From assembly GCF_964204645.1 (NCBI RefSeq), contig NC_134034.1:8444962-8508961 (forward strand): 64,000 bases of DNA. The letters are read 5' to 3'. Positions 38,475-50,533 of the stretch are shown piece after piece. Each line of letters begins with the position of its first letter. Within the stretch, counting starts at the first letter, position 1. The position numbers and the translations under genes were made by a program. The stretch comes from Tubulanus polymorphus (Eukaryota; Animalia; Nemertea). Below the pieces are notes generated by a model. It was not told the DNA's origin. It saw nothing but the letters and a program-made list of their open reading frames with translations, and made no database searches.

Positions 38475-40759
38475 ATTCTATCCACTAATTTCAATGTAAG
38501 GACTATATAAGGCTACATGAATCAATACGAAAGTATGTATACCGCAGGTCACTTAATCTTAAGCTTGATTGTGAGAGTTGTTTAAACACAATGGTCACAT
38601 GAGTAATTATTGGTTGTGCGACAATGGGAGAAATCTGCCTTAGACATCTCATCCCGATATCCGGAGTCCTGGGCTTAGTAACTTATGTTTAGAATAAATT
38701 TTATCCGATATTTTTATAACAATGTTTTTCTCTCTCTCTCTCTCCGTAAATTCCGGACGTTTTCTGGGTGCTAACGTTCAGTGGCCAGTAGGCTGGATTG
38801 TGTTTTCTCTTATTTCATAAATCACAATGCATATAAACTAAAACTGAACTGAATTGAAACTGAGTTCGGTTAGCAGTATAAACCTCCTAACTTTCGGAAT
38901 TATTTATAAATAGAGTGAAGAGTGAAACATCAACCCTTATACAGAATACACTTGTATAAATGAGAAAATGCACACTAGGACAATGGCTAATTTGCGACCT
39001 TAAAATGAAAGAAAGACTCGAATTTCTTTTATCACACTCGACACGCGAATCTCCTAATTACTCTAATAATGAGAGAAAACTTCAGACGAATTAAATGTAT
39101 CAGCTTTATAATTGAATGATGATTATGTACGCGTAACTTCAATGATTTGTATCGATCGGTAAATGAAATTTCCATCGTAACATTTGAAATTCCTAAATCT
39201 ACCTGGCTTCATTGGGTACTGTTTTTTAAAAAGAAAAACAAATAACACCCAACGCACCAATACCTATAATTCTAAAAGTTCAGGTTATAACGTTTAGAAT
39301 ATTCCTCCCTAAGTCAATACTTTGAATATAAGACCAGAAGGTAAAATTCTCTTCGTTGGACTTTTGGAGGAATCGTTTGAATATCGGACCTCTTGGTCGA
39401 GTTTCCATCGATTGACATTGGGAGGAATGTTCCTCCCGAAGTCGATACTTTGAATATCAGAACTGAAGGTCAAATTCTCTTCGTTTGACCTTGGGAGGAA
39501 TATTCCTCCCAAAGTCAATTGTTTGAATATCAGACCCCTTGGTCAAGTTTCCATCGATTGACTTTGGGAGGAATATTCCTCCCGCAGTCAATTTTCACAA
39601 TAGCGGTCCTCTTAATTGGTGATGATCAAATGAACGTGCGGCTCATATTTCTATTGTGTGCCTAGCCGGTGTAACGCGCGACACGCTTACATAATCTTTT
39701 CTGTAAATGTGAACACCTCGGGGGCATTATGTTCTCTAAAGCCCGACATTATCCCACATTCGGGACTGTGAATGGGTTGATTTTACGGCTGAGTCGACAT
39801 TTTTCAACAAATTTTAGCTGTTCATTTATGAATATTTGAAGACTTATGAGCTAAAAATTACTTAAATTTTTGATACATTTTGAGAAAGTCACAAAACATT
39901 TGAGACTGCGTTAAATGTAGTCCGAGACAATTTTCTCCCAAGATTTTCAAACACTTGGTAATATGACTTTTTTTCCCTATATGTATGGCTTCAATTAAAT
40001 GATCCAATAATTTATTTGTGATCAAATATTTCATCTTATATCATATCATCCTCAGGTGGAATAACTGTTGCAAGGTTCCCAAAATCTCATCTACATCTAT
40101 CATCTGGACATATGGCTGACATATGCCAGAAAACGCTTCTTAAGAAAAGTCAAACATGGCTTCCAGTAAACTTTTGAGTTTCAGATTCAACAGATCGATG
40201 TTTAAGTTTCATATTCAACAGATCGATGTTTAAGTTTCAGATTCAACAGCTCGAAGTTAATCAGATTCAACAGCTCGATTCAGAACAAATGTTTAATTAA
40301 TTTTCAATTTTCAAACAGATGCCAGAATTAATTGATAAAGATGCAGAAGTGGTGAAGTGTGAATGGTGTAGTGCAGGTGCAAGTCGGCGCCTTGTGCAAT
40401 AAATGTGCAAAGTGAAGATGTGCATGAATCAACTTTCTTCTGGCATCTTTCCAACAGCAGTATCTACCAAATTATAGATCACCTAATCAATAGTAAGAGG
40501 ACGAGCAATTTCTAACACAAAAATCTCTTTCAAGATTTTAAATCGCTTTTAAACCCTTGAAATTCATAATAAGTAATAATCTCTTTATGTCGTGGTAACG
40601 ATAATGAATCCTAACTTTCCTTGCAACAGTTATATTCCTAGAATAATTGAATTGAATTTGATGTATATACCAATAGATATGCAATTGATTCAAGGTGGAA
40701 ACAATTGATCTCGTTTAACACCAATGGGGTGTAGGTTTTCACCAGCTAAAAGCTGTTTT

Positions 40760-40990
40760 GTAGCAGCACTTGAGTTGATATTTGGCAGTCTCGGAGCAGC
40801 ATTTGGGAGTTGATATTTGGCAGTCTCGGAGGAGCATTTTGAGATCTGATATTTGACAGTCTCGGAGCAGCATTTTTAGAGTTGATCTTTGGCAGTCTCG
40901 TAGCGGTATTTTAAGAGTTGATATTTTGCAGTCTCGGAACAGCATTTTGAGAGTTGATATTTGGCAGTCTCGTAGCAGCATTTTGAGAGA
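40760..40990. repeat. ~39-bp minisatellite, about 6 copies
   Basis: GAGTTGATATTTGGCAGTCTCGGAGCAGCATTTT; accounts for the repetitive ORF 40739-40981. Confidence 0.9.
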
Positions 40991-41019
40991 GCATTAACAA
41001 AACCGACCCTTGCCCACGT

Positions 41020-41329
41020 GTCTTCAGTTTCTTATCATTATCTTTGTCAAAATAATCTTCACCTAAAATTCATATTTCTAATATAACTTTTAGATTTTAA
41101 ATGTTCTTTATAATATCTTTTATCACTGAATGATTGATTACATGACTGTTTCACATTTGTATGTTTCTTTTTCATTCTTTAATTCATCTAATTTAGTTTC
41201 TAATATATCATCTTTATATTCTAATTTCAATTTATTTTCTAAATGTGTTCTAGTTTCATTGTGTCTTGCTTTTTGAGATTTATCTATATCAATTTTACAT
41301 GTTGAACAGTAGTACTTATTTGCTTCCAT
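41020..41329 (-). pseudogene. pPolB: pPolB N-terminal fragment (zinc fingers)
   Basis: MEANKYYCSTCKIDIDKSQKARH; homology continues to ~41020. Confidence 0.88.
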
Positions 41330-41372
41330 TTTAATATCCAATTTTTTATTAAAATTGATTTTACATATTTTC

Positions 41373-41726
41373 TTATTCGAAATCTATTTCATGGTGCCCT
41401 TTTTCATACTTACCTTTGTATATGAAATAGAAATCACCAGAACATAATTCTTCTAAATCTTCACTTGATAATCTATGAAATCTATCTGGTAAATATGTTC
41501 TGAATTTATATGTATTTCCTTTTAATCCTTCATATTCTAAGTGGATAACTAATTTATCTCCATATTTGTTAGTAACTGTATCAATATTTGTAATTAGATA
41601 TTTCTTATGAATTGTTAATTCTGTAAACTTCTTAAATTTATAATCTACAGATTTTACATTTGTGATATCTTTAATTCTATCTAGAAATGATTTGTTGTTC
41701 TCACTGTGTACTTGTTTACTCTCCAT
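41373..41726 (-). CDS. MESKQV protein, possible OB-fold ssDNA-binding protein
   Basis: Intact homolog of 46584-46925; the function is inference only. Confidence 0.75.
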   Translation of the reverse strand: MESKQVHSENNKSFLDRIKDITNVKSVDYKFKKFTELTIHKKYLITNIDTVTNKYGDKLVIHLEYEGLKGNTYKFRTYLPDRFHRLSSEDLEELCSGDFYFIYKGKYEKGHHEIDFE

Positions 41727-42380
41727 TTTAATAACATATTTTTGATTAAAATAAATTATGGAAGTTATTAGATTAATATTTTAAGAGTAATAGGGAATAA
41801 GTTGTTCTAGATTAAAGGTTGAGAGGTTGAGTGAGTAGAAAATGAAAAATAAATTCGAGTGTGCGAGAATTTATTTACTCACATGTAAACTTACTTACAT
41901 GTAAATGCAGAATTAAATCAGAAATATATTTAAAGCCGAGGTATTCAACTAGACTCCAGTAGACAGAACCAGCAAGGCAGGCATTTTTCTTTTCTATCAA
42001 AATGATTTAACCTGAAATCATAAGATAGTAGAAGTCATCTGCATCTATATTCTACTGTAACTCTTTCGGCAACCACATACAATGTCCTTGGACGATTTGT
42101 GGATAATTTGTTATGTTATTTTGTATGATTATGTATACAGAATGTAAGATATATATATGGTTAAAAAAACAAACAACATCATCGGCACCAGTAGATTGTG
42201 TCAATCGCCGAGCGAGATCTCAGGGCTAGTTTAGTACCCCAATTTAGTCTCTTTTTTCGTTGTGTGATTGATGGCGGGTTCGCATCACACGCGCGCGGCA
42301 CCGGTATATTGCGCGATTCCCGGCGGAACCGCGCCATAGTGGGACACCGACAATACGTGCATGCAGTGCGGATAGCTATT

Positions 42381-42626
42381 AGTAATAGGGATAATGGGCT
42401 TTTTAGCTTGAAAGCCCATTATCCCTATTACTCTTAAAATATTCACATAAATGAATAACATTTAAATCATTGAACTTCTAAAATCAATTTTAATAAAAAA
42501 TATAGTATTAAAATGGAAGCAAATAAGTACTACTGCCCAACATGTAAGATAAGTATAGATAAATCCCAAAAAGCAAGACACAATAAAACTAAAACACATT
42601 TAGAGAATAAATTGAAACTAGAGTAT
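42381..42626 (+). repeat. Left TIR of copy B with a collapsed 52-bp hairpin (42381-42432)
   Basis: Reverse complement of 60278-60739 apart from the deleted hairpin centre. Confidence 0.92.
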
Positions 42627-45600
42627 AAAGATGATATATTAGAAACTAAATTAGATGAATTAAAGAATGAAAAAGAAACATACAAATGTGATACATGTAA
42701 TCAATCATTCAGTGATAAAAGATATTATAAAGAACATTTAAAATCTATAAGTCATATTAGAAATAAGAATAATGATATTTTAGGTGAAGATTATTTTGAT
42801 AATGATAACGATAAGAAACAGAAGACAATTAAAAGAATAAAAAATAAATTAAACAATAAAAGACCATACATGGAAGATGTAAGAAATTATATTAATTCAT
42901 TAGATAATAAAAAAGATATAGAGATAACCGAAGCATTTAAAAGTGATATTGGTCCAGCAGCTATCGAGTTTAAATTTCATAAAGGTAAAACAATAGAAGA
43001 AAATAAAAAACATTTAGAAAATATGAAAGAAATAATAAAAATAATTACAAACGTAGAATATCCAAAAATTAGTATATCAGTTAAAGTAAAAATAAAATCT
43101 GAAGATAAACCAATATATAATATAAATTCTCATTCACAACATATTATATCTAAACAACATATAGATGATAAATTAAATAAATGTTATAATGAAATAAAAA
43201 CTAAAATAGAAGAGAAATATTTTGAAGGATCTGGTTTAATATTTGATGAGATAATATTTATAACTTTACATGTTTATAACACAAAATATAATAAGTTAAC
43301 TAAATCAAAACCAATTGATGAAAATAATTTATCATATTATAAAGAACCAGATATTGAAGCATCAAGTTATATTAAACTACCATTTAAAACTAATGCTGTA
43401 ATAAATGTACAAAATGAAGATGATAAATGTTTTCTATGGACAATTATAAGTTGCTTACACCCAGTTGAAGATTATAAACAACATAGTTTTAGATTAACTC
43501 ATTATAAACAATTTGAAAATAATTATAAGATAGATAAGTATCCTGTTAGAATTAAAAATATTCCAAAAATAGAAAGAGATAATAATCTAAAAATAAATGT
43601 ATTTGATTTAATCAAATTACCAAATACAAAAGGAAATAATATTAAACATTATACATTAGAACCTTTATACCTATCAAAAGATTATGATTCAAATGATGTT
43701 ATAGATATACTATATTATGAGAATCATTATATGTGGATTAAACAAATAGATTTATTTTTTAGAACAGAAAATGATCACCATAAAATATATCTTTGTAGAA
43801 AATGTTTACATAGATTCAGTAATGAAAGTACATTATTAAATCATAAACAACTATGTGATAATCATGATTATTGTAAATTAGTTTTACCAAATGAAAAAGA
43901 TAAAATATTAGAATTCAAAAAATATGATTACAAAAATAAAGTACCATTTGTAATATATGGAGATTTTGAATCATTAAATAAAGAACTAACTGATCAAGAT
44001 AGAAAAGATATATATTATAAAAGAAAGAAATTAAATTCTAATGAAAATGATATAATTGATTATTCAGATCCTATAATAACAAATACTATTAAAAAGATCT
44101 ATCAAAGTGCTGCAGCTTTCGGGTTATATATTAAATCTAATTATCCAGAACTAATTGAAAGTGAATATTATAATTACAGAAATGAAAATGTTATCAATCA
44201 TTTTTGTGACTTATTAATTGAATATGAAATAAGATTTAGTAAATTATTGAATACAAATAAAGAAATACTTATGACAGAAGAAGATAAAGAAGAATTTGAG
44301 TTTGCAGATAAATGTTATTATTGTGAAAAGATATTTAATTATAAAGATAAAAAAGTAAGAGACCATGATCATTTGAATGGAAAGTTTAGAGGCGCTGCAC
44401 ATGAGAATTGTAACTTACAAGCTAAGAAAATTAACTTTGTACCAGTTATATTTCATAATCTATCAGGATATGATGCGCATTTATTCATCAAACAGTTATG
44501 TCATAAAATAGAAGAAATCAATAATGAAATAGAAATATTAAATTCAAATAGATCAAAAGATAAAATACCAACTTATAAATTTAGAATGTTAGCTAAAACA
44601 TCTGAGAATTATATATCATTCCAATTTGGTTGTCTAAGATTTATAGATTCATATAGATTTTTAAATAGTTCATTAGATAACTTATCAAAATCATTAGTTG
44701 ATGATGAATTAAAGATATTAAAAGAATATTACCCAAATAATGATGATTCTAAATTAATGAGATATAAAGGAGCGATTCCATATTCTTTCTATAAAAATCA
44801 TAATGATTTTAACATAACTGAATTATTAAAAGAACAATTCTATGACGAATTAAAAAATGAATATGTTAAAGATGAAGTCTATAATAGAACATTGAATATT
44901 TGGAATCATTTCAAAATAGAAAATCATGGGCAATTAGTAGATTTATATTTAAAATCAGATGTATTATTATTAACCGATATATTCGAAAGGTTTAGAGATG
45001 TAAACCTAAAATATTTCAATATTGATCCTTGTCATTGTTATTCATCACCAGGATTAACATGGGATTGTGGATTAAAATTTACAGATATAAAAATGGATTT
45101 GTTAACAAATATAGATCAATTACTATTATTTGAAAAATCTATAAGAGGAGGTGTTTCAGGTGTATTGGGTGATAGATATTTCAATGTAAATGATAATCCT
45201 GGATATAAATTATTATACATAGATGCAAATAATCTTTATGGTTGGGCAATGATGGAACCACAACCTTATGGGATGTTTGAAATAACTGAAGTTTTACAAC
45301 GTGAAAATAATGATGAATTTGATTGGAAGAAAAGAATTCTAGATATTGCAGATGATTCAGATATTGGTTACTTCTTTGTTGTAGACTTGGAATATCCTGA
45401 AAATATTAAATTCAAATCTAGAAATCTAGCTTACTGTCCCGAACATAAAACTGTAACTCATGAAGAATTATCAAATTACCAAAAAAGAATTAAACCCGAA
45501 AATCATATTCATACAGAAAAGTTAATGGTAACTCAAGAAGATAAATATAATTATGTAGTACATTATAGAATGTTGAAGTTTCATTTGAATCAAGGAATGG

Positions 45601-46555
45601 TATTAAAAAAAGTACATAGATATATTTCATTTAGTCAATCGAAGTGGTTAGAAAAATATATAGATTTTAACACCAAACAGAGAACTGAAGCTAAAACTGA
45701 TTTTGAGAAAGATTTCTTCAAGTTAATGAATAATGCATTCTATGGTAAGACTTGTGAAAATATTAGAAATAGAAATGATATTGAGTTAGTTAGTAATGGT
45801 AAAAGGATAAGGCATTTACAATCATATCCTAAGTTTATAGGTAACAGAATATTTGATGAAAATTTAGCTGCAGTTAAGATGAGAAGAACTTCAATGAAAT
45901 TTAATAAACCGATTTATGTTGGAGCTGCAGTTTTAGAATTATCAAAATTACTAATGTATAAATTTTACTATAATATACTACAACCCATCTTGGAGAAAAG
46001 AATATAGAAATCTTATATTTTGATACAGATTCTTACATATTAAAGATAAAAACTGATAACATAACAGATGATTTAAAAACATTAAAACATCATTTTGATT
46101 TCAGTAACTATCCTAAAAATCATGAATTGTTTAGCAATGATAATAAAAAAGTTCCTGGGAAGTTTAAGGATGAATTAGGTGGTGAAGAAATGATAGAGTT
46201 CATTGGTATTAGATCTAAAATGTGTTCATATAAAACCAAAACTCATGAAGCTAAAAAGTTAAAAGGAATTACCAAAAGCGTTGTTGAAAAGAATATTCAT
46301 TTTAAAGATTACATCAATTGTATATTTAATGAAGAAGTTAGAAAACATAAGATGAAATGTTTAAGATCTGAAGATCATGAAATGTATATTGAAGAGATAG
46401 AGAAGATAAGTTTGAATCCATTTGATGATAAAAGATATATTTTAGATGATGGAATTCATACAGTCGCCTATGGTTGCAATTTAGATGAATATATAAAATT
46501 CAAAAGAGAAGAAACAAAAGAAAATGAGATTATGAAAAGGATTCTAACGTGTTAA
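42513..46555 (+). pseudogene. pPolB: Protein-primed DNA polymerase B with N-terminal C2H2 fingers and an endonuclease VII-like insert; single frameshift near 45985
   Basis: 1164-aa ORF with Exo motifs YGDFES, FHNLSGYD and YLKSDV; CYYC..RDHDH..GKFRGAAH..CNL; motif A YIDANNLYG; motif B KLMNNAFYGK. Motif C YFDTDS lies in the next frame (~46015), continuing to 46555. Confidence 0.95.
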
Positions 46556-46583
46556 TCAATTTCAATAAAAATTTGTATAATAA

Positions 46584-46925
46584 ATGGAGAGTAAACAAGT
46601 ACACAGTGAATTCTTAGATAGAATTAAAGATACTTCAAGCGTCAAATCTGTAGATTATAAATTTAAAAAACTAACTGAGTTAACAATTCACAAGAAATAT
46701 TTAATTACTAACATTGAAACAATTACTAATAAATATGGAGATAAATTAGTAATTCATTTAGAATATGAAGGATTAAAAGGAAATACATATAAATTCAGAA
46801 CATATTTACCAGATAGATTTCATCGATTATCAAGTGAAGATCTAGAAGAATTATGTTCTGGAGATTTCTATTTCGTATACAAAGGTAAGAATGAAAAAGG
46901 GCACCATGAAATAGATTTCGAATAA
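46584..46925 (+). CDS. MESKQV protein, possible OB-fold ssDNA-binding protein
   Basis: Present in three copies; FKKL.EL...Y.I...NKYG...YLP.RF beta-rich pattern; adjacent to pPolB; function inferred. Confidence 0.75.
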   Translation: MESKQVHSEFLDRIKDTSSVKSVDYKFKKLTELTIHKKYLITNIETITNKYGDKLVIHLEYEGLKGNTYKFRTYLPDRFHRLSSEDLEELCSGDFYFVYKGKNEKGHHEIDFE

Positions 46926-46942
46926 GAAAATATGTAAAATAA

Positions 46943-47698
46943 ATGGTAGAATTAAAAGAATACAGAATATTTGTAGATTCTAGAAGGCTTACAAATTATA
47001 AATCACATAATTTACTAGTACAATTAGATAGAGAATTTAAGAATTGTGTAGATTTAAAATTAGTTAATATAAGTTTATGTAATTCTTTTTATAATATATC
47101 GGATAAAACTTTTGAACATAGAGGGTGTATGATTTATATGAGAAATAAAGATAAATGGTTTCATATATTTTTTAAACCAGGATTATATAATTTAGAATCA
47201 TTAGCGCAGGAAATTAATAGAAGAGCTCGGTTGAAAATCGGGGGCACTTCTGTATTTGAAATTAAATTTAATAAAATTGATAGTACTAATAAAATAAGAA
47301 TAAAGATATCTAATGAACAACATAAATTTATGGTAAACAAACCACTGGCTAAAATGTTAGGAATTAAACCGCTTACAGTTACTGGAAACGCAGAAGGCAG
47401 CTCAAATATAATACCTTTTACACACTTTTATATTTATTGCAATTTAATCGAGCCTACAAAAACTTTCGAAGCAACTAAAGAAACAATTTGTAGTTCTAGT
47501 ATACTAAATATTTTACCGCTAAAAAATGTTAAACAATTTGGAACTCAAATAAATTATTATTTAACAGAATGTGATTTTAAACCATGCATTCCTAAATTTA
47601 ATAATTTTAAATTAGAAATAAGAAATCATAATGGATACTTAATTGATTTAAATAACTTTCCTGTGATATATGAATTAGTTATAAGATGTAAAGAGTAA
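46943..47698 (+). CDS. mCP: Minor capsid (penton) protein, single jelly roll
   Basis: IFVDSR..., SFYNIS, PGLYN, FYIYCNLIEP, EIRNHNGYLIDLNN pattern typical of Polinton/virophage pentons. Confidence 0.8.
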   Translation: MVELKEYRIFVDSRRLTNYKSHNLLVQLDREFKNCVDLKLVNISLCNSFYNISDKTFEHRGCMIYMRNKDKWFHIFFKPGLYNLESLAQEINRRARLKIGGTSVFEIKFNKIDSTNKIRIKISNEQHKFMVNKPLAKMLGIKPLTVTGNAEGSSNIIPFTHFYIYCNLIEPTKTFEATKETICSSSILNILPLKNVKQFGTQINYYLTECDFKPCIPKFNNFKLEIRNHNGYLIDLNNFPVIYELVIRCKE

Positions 47699-47714
47699 TT
47701 TTTTCACTATATAA

Positions 47715-48068
47715 ATGAATATAACTGTCGGACCGAGTATATGTTTTGGATTTGATTTTAAACGTGAGAAAGAAATGAAATTTAACGTTAATGATGTAAT
47801 TACACATATTAAAAATATTGCATTTTCTAATGAAACAACATTTGAGTATGAAACAACAATTGATAAAGAAACTTTTAATGTAGAAAAGATTACTAATTTA
47901 ATTAGAGAATCTTTAAGATTTTATGAATTAGATGAAGATTTTATCATCGATGATATTAAAAAAATAATAATTGAAATATATGATAATCATAAAACTAGTA
48001 ATGAAATAAATGTTGAATTAATCATAAATAAGTTAACTAAATATTTTGAAGATAGTAATTTTTTTTGA
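47715..48068 (+). CDS. Hypothetical protein
   Basis: TAAATG start; homolog in copy A. Confidence 0.75.
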   Translation: MNITVGPSICFGFDFKREKEMKFNVNDVITHIKNIAFSNETTFEYETTIDKETFNVEKITNLIRESLRFYELDEDFIIDDIKKIIIEIYDNHKTSNEINVELIINKLTKYFEDSNFF

Positions 48069-48075
48069 TAAATAA

Positions 48076-48297
48076 ATGAGTGATAATAAGTGGATAATAA
48101 CTGGATTATATAATGGCGCATTACTATCAGTTGGAACTGTTGGTTATTCAATGGTATTAAAAAAAGTATTTAAAATGGGAAGTGTTAATGTTGATAGATT
48201 TGATATAAATGATATTTTAAAATTAACATTAGCAGTTACTTTATCTAATTTAACTATTGATTATTTAGAAAAACAAAAATATATTCCTCCCATATAA
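48076..48297 (+). CDS. Small hydrophobic protein
   Basis: TAAATG start; conserved in A; two hydrophobic segments. Confidence 0.8.
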   Translation: MSDNKWIITGLYNGALLSVGTVGYSMVLKKVFKMGSVNVDRFDINDILKLTLAVTLSNLTIDYLEKQKYIPPI

Positions 48298-48322
48298 ATG
48301 CATAATTTTTTTTGTTAAATAA

Positions 48323-48745
48323 ATGGCTTCTGCAATTATAACTATTATAGGATCGGCAATTGTTAACGCTTTAGCATTTACTGGTGGTGGTTATTTATTT
48401 AAACATATTGATAAAAATAGTTCATTAGGAGAACAAAGAAGACATAACTTAGCGTTAGAGAAATACAATAAAGCTGCAGAAGAATATAGAGAAAAGAGGC
48501 AAAACTATATGGATTACATCAATAAAGAATTATATGATCAGAAGATTTCACATAGAGATTTTCAATCAGTTGATGATGCAATGAGTTTATATAACACAGT
48601 AACAAATAAAGAAAAATTACATCTATACAAACCTAAATTATCAGATTATTATACCCCAAGTAAAGAACAACAGAAATATGAAATAATATGGATTTTAGGT
48701 GGAACTGTTATTGTTATATTTGTTGCTTATAAGTTTACTAATTAG
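48323..48745 (+). CDS. Conserved protein with Gly/Ala-rich hydrophobic N-terminus, coiled coil and C-terminal TM
   Basis: Intact in A and B. Confidence 0.85.
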   Translation: MASAIITIIGSAIVNALAFTGGGYLFKHIDKNSSLGEQRRHNLALEKYNKAAEEYREKRQNYMDYINKELYDQKISHRDFQSVDDAMSLYNTVTNKEKLHLYKPKLSDYYTPSKEQQKYEIIWILGGTVIVIFVAYKFTN

Positions 48746-48764
48746 TAATTTTTTTTCTAAATAA

Positions 48765-49199
48765 ATGGAAGTAAAAGTTGATAATATTGATATTATTCCT
48801 CATGATATAAATAAAACTAAATTAAAAACATATTTAGAAAAACAAATATTAGAATTTGAAAGTGACTTAAAGATAAAAAAGAAAAAATATTTAAAAAGTA
48901 AAATTATATATTATTTGATTATAAGTGGTTCGGTTACAATTAGTTCTGTAATAACATTTCTAGCAATATTCAGTCCATTAACACCTTTAGCTATATCAAT
49001 TGGTGTATTAGGATTAAGTTCAAGTGTTTTAACAGGTATAAGTTCAAAATTAAATATAAAAAGTAATAAAGAAAAAATTAAAACTAATATAAAAGAAATT
49101 AATAAATTAAAGAATACACTAGATTATATAATAAGTTTAAATGGTCATATAACAGTTGAAGAACAAGATAAATTATTAAAAGAATTAATAAATTATTAA
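48765..49199 (+). CDS. Two-TM membrane protein
   Basis: IIYYLIISGSVTISSVITFLAIF and LAISIGVLGLSSSVL helices. Confidence 0.82.
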   Translation: MEVKVDNIDIIPHDINKTKLKTYLEKQILEFESDLKIKKKKYLKSKIIYYLIISGSVTISSVITFLAIFSPLTPLAISIGVLGLSSSVLTGISSKLNIKSNKEKIKTNIKEINKLKNTLDYIISLNGHITVEEQDKLLKELINY

Positions 49200-49215
49200 T
49201 TTTTTAATTATATAA

Positions 49216-50517
49216 ATGGGGTTTCCAAAAGCTTTCCAATATAATAAATCAATTAAATATAATATTCCGGCAATAGATTTTAAGAAAAATATTACATATA
49301 AAAATATAGTTTTAAATTCATTAACTAATTTAGAAATTTATGTTAATGAATCACAGTTTTTTATTTCTAAAATGGAAAATATATTTAATACATATGAAGT
49401 TACTTTTACTCGAGATGAATATCATATATATAAAGTAAAATCTAATATGAAATATTGGCAGAATCAATTAAATTTTGCTGTTTATTGTGCAACAACAGGT
49501 TGTGGAATTAGTTGGAATGATCATTTAAATAACTTAGATAAAAATTTGAAGTATTCTGATTTAAAATTAATTCACACAATATTTAGATTTCACACATATT
49601 TTCAAATCAGAATAATATTAAATGAATTAGAATGTCCTTTACCCGGGTCTAAATATTTTAAAGAATTAGATAATAATATCAATATATCCAAGTTTTATAA
49701 AATATGTAATGAATTTAATATAAATATTAATTCCGATTTTAGAGCGCATGGTAAATTGCAAGGTGTTGTTGAAGAGTATGAAATAAAAAGAATTGATTAT
49801 ATGCATAGAATTTCAGCTTATCATAATTATAAAATTGATAATAATAATGGTTGGGTTAATTTCATTTTAGAAAATGGTGAAGGTTTTACAAAATCAGGTA
49901 TACAAAGAATAAATCAATCTATTAGAATTTATTTGATATGTATTTTAGGCGCTCAAGTTGAAACAAGATCCCCAATAATTGGAAATGATAACACTTCATT
50001 CGATGCGCAGAAACAGTTTAAAGTTTTATTTGAAGATTCCATACATGATGATAAAAATAGATAGATTCCAGAAAACATTATAAGATATCAAAATTATTTA
50101 GATAAATCACATATTAGATTAAATTATTGTATAGGCCCTAATCTATTAATTATTTCTAATGATTTAGTATTAAAGATGGGAAATATAATTGGTTATAATA
50201 ATCTAATTAAAACTGCAACAATAAATAATTCATTTGGATTAAATGATATAAATAAAAAGATTATTACTGCTCCAAAATTAATGGAAGGTGAAAAAAATAA
50301 AAAACACATTCAATCAACAGAAACTAAAACTAAGAATATTAAATTGGATAATGATTCTAAAATAAAAGATTACAATACATCAGAAAATAATAGAACTGAT
50401 AATATTCAACATGATATAATTAAACTAAATGATGATAATAAATCCCATGAAAATACTAAATTAGCTATAACTTGTATAGGAATTGTAATCGGAGGAATAT
50501 TATATTTTAAATTTTAA
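49216..50517 (+). pseudogene. Conserved ~430-aa Polinton protein with C-terminal TM; one in-frame TAG at 50062
   Basis: The 282-aa and 113-aa ORFs are in the same frame; copy A has TCG (Ser) at the stop position. Confidence 0.85.
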
Positions 50518-50533
50518 TTTTTTTATTATATAA

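Larger units (their letters stand above)
33732..39913. mobile_element. Putative non-autonomous foldback/DNA transposon with ~600-650-bp inverted arms (33732-34335 / 39262-39913)
   Basis: Near-identical reverse-complement arms, each with about 4 palindromes TTGACTTTGGGAGGAATATTCCTCCCAAAGTCAA; no TSD or transposase seen. Confidence 0.6.
41020..41882 (-). mobile_element. Polinton terminal fragment D: partial hairpin, MESKQV gene, pPolB 5' end
   Basis: AATATTTTAAG-AGTAATAGGG hairpin arm at 41786 with the TTCGAGTGTGCGAGAA loop; homologous genes on the minus strand. Confidence 0.88.

Noticed and set aside
16600-40981. Short ORFs of 60-120 aa in the host interval
   Set aside because: No recognisable domains, many have non-ATG starts or lie in repeats; probably spurious.
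42480-42492. Mimivirus early promoter AAAATTGA
   Set aside because: It occurs only on the strand opposite to the downstream gene, within the quasi-palindrome AAAATCAATTTT.
45975-46010. Programmed frameshift or readthrough in pPolB, INT, or the 49216 and 50534 genes
   Set aside because: Copy A has the uninterrupted reading at each of these sites, so they are copy-specific mutations or sequencing errors.
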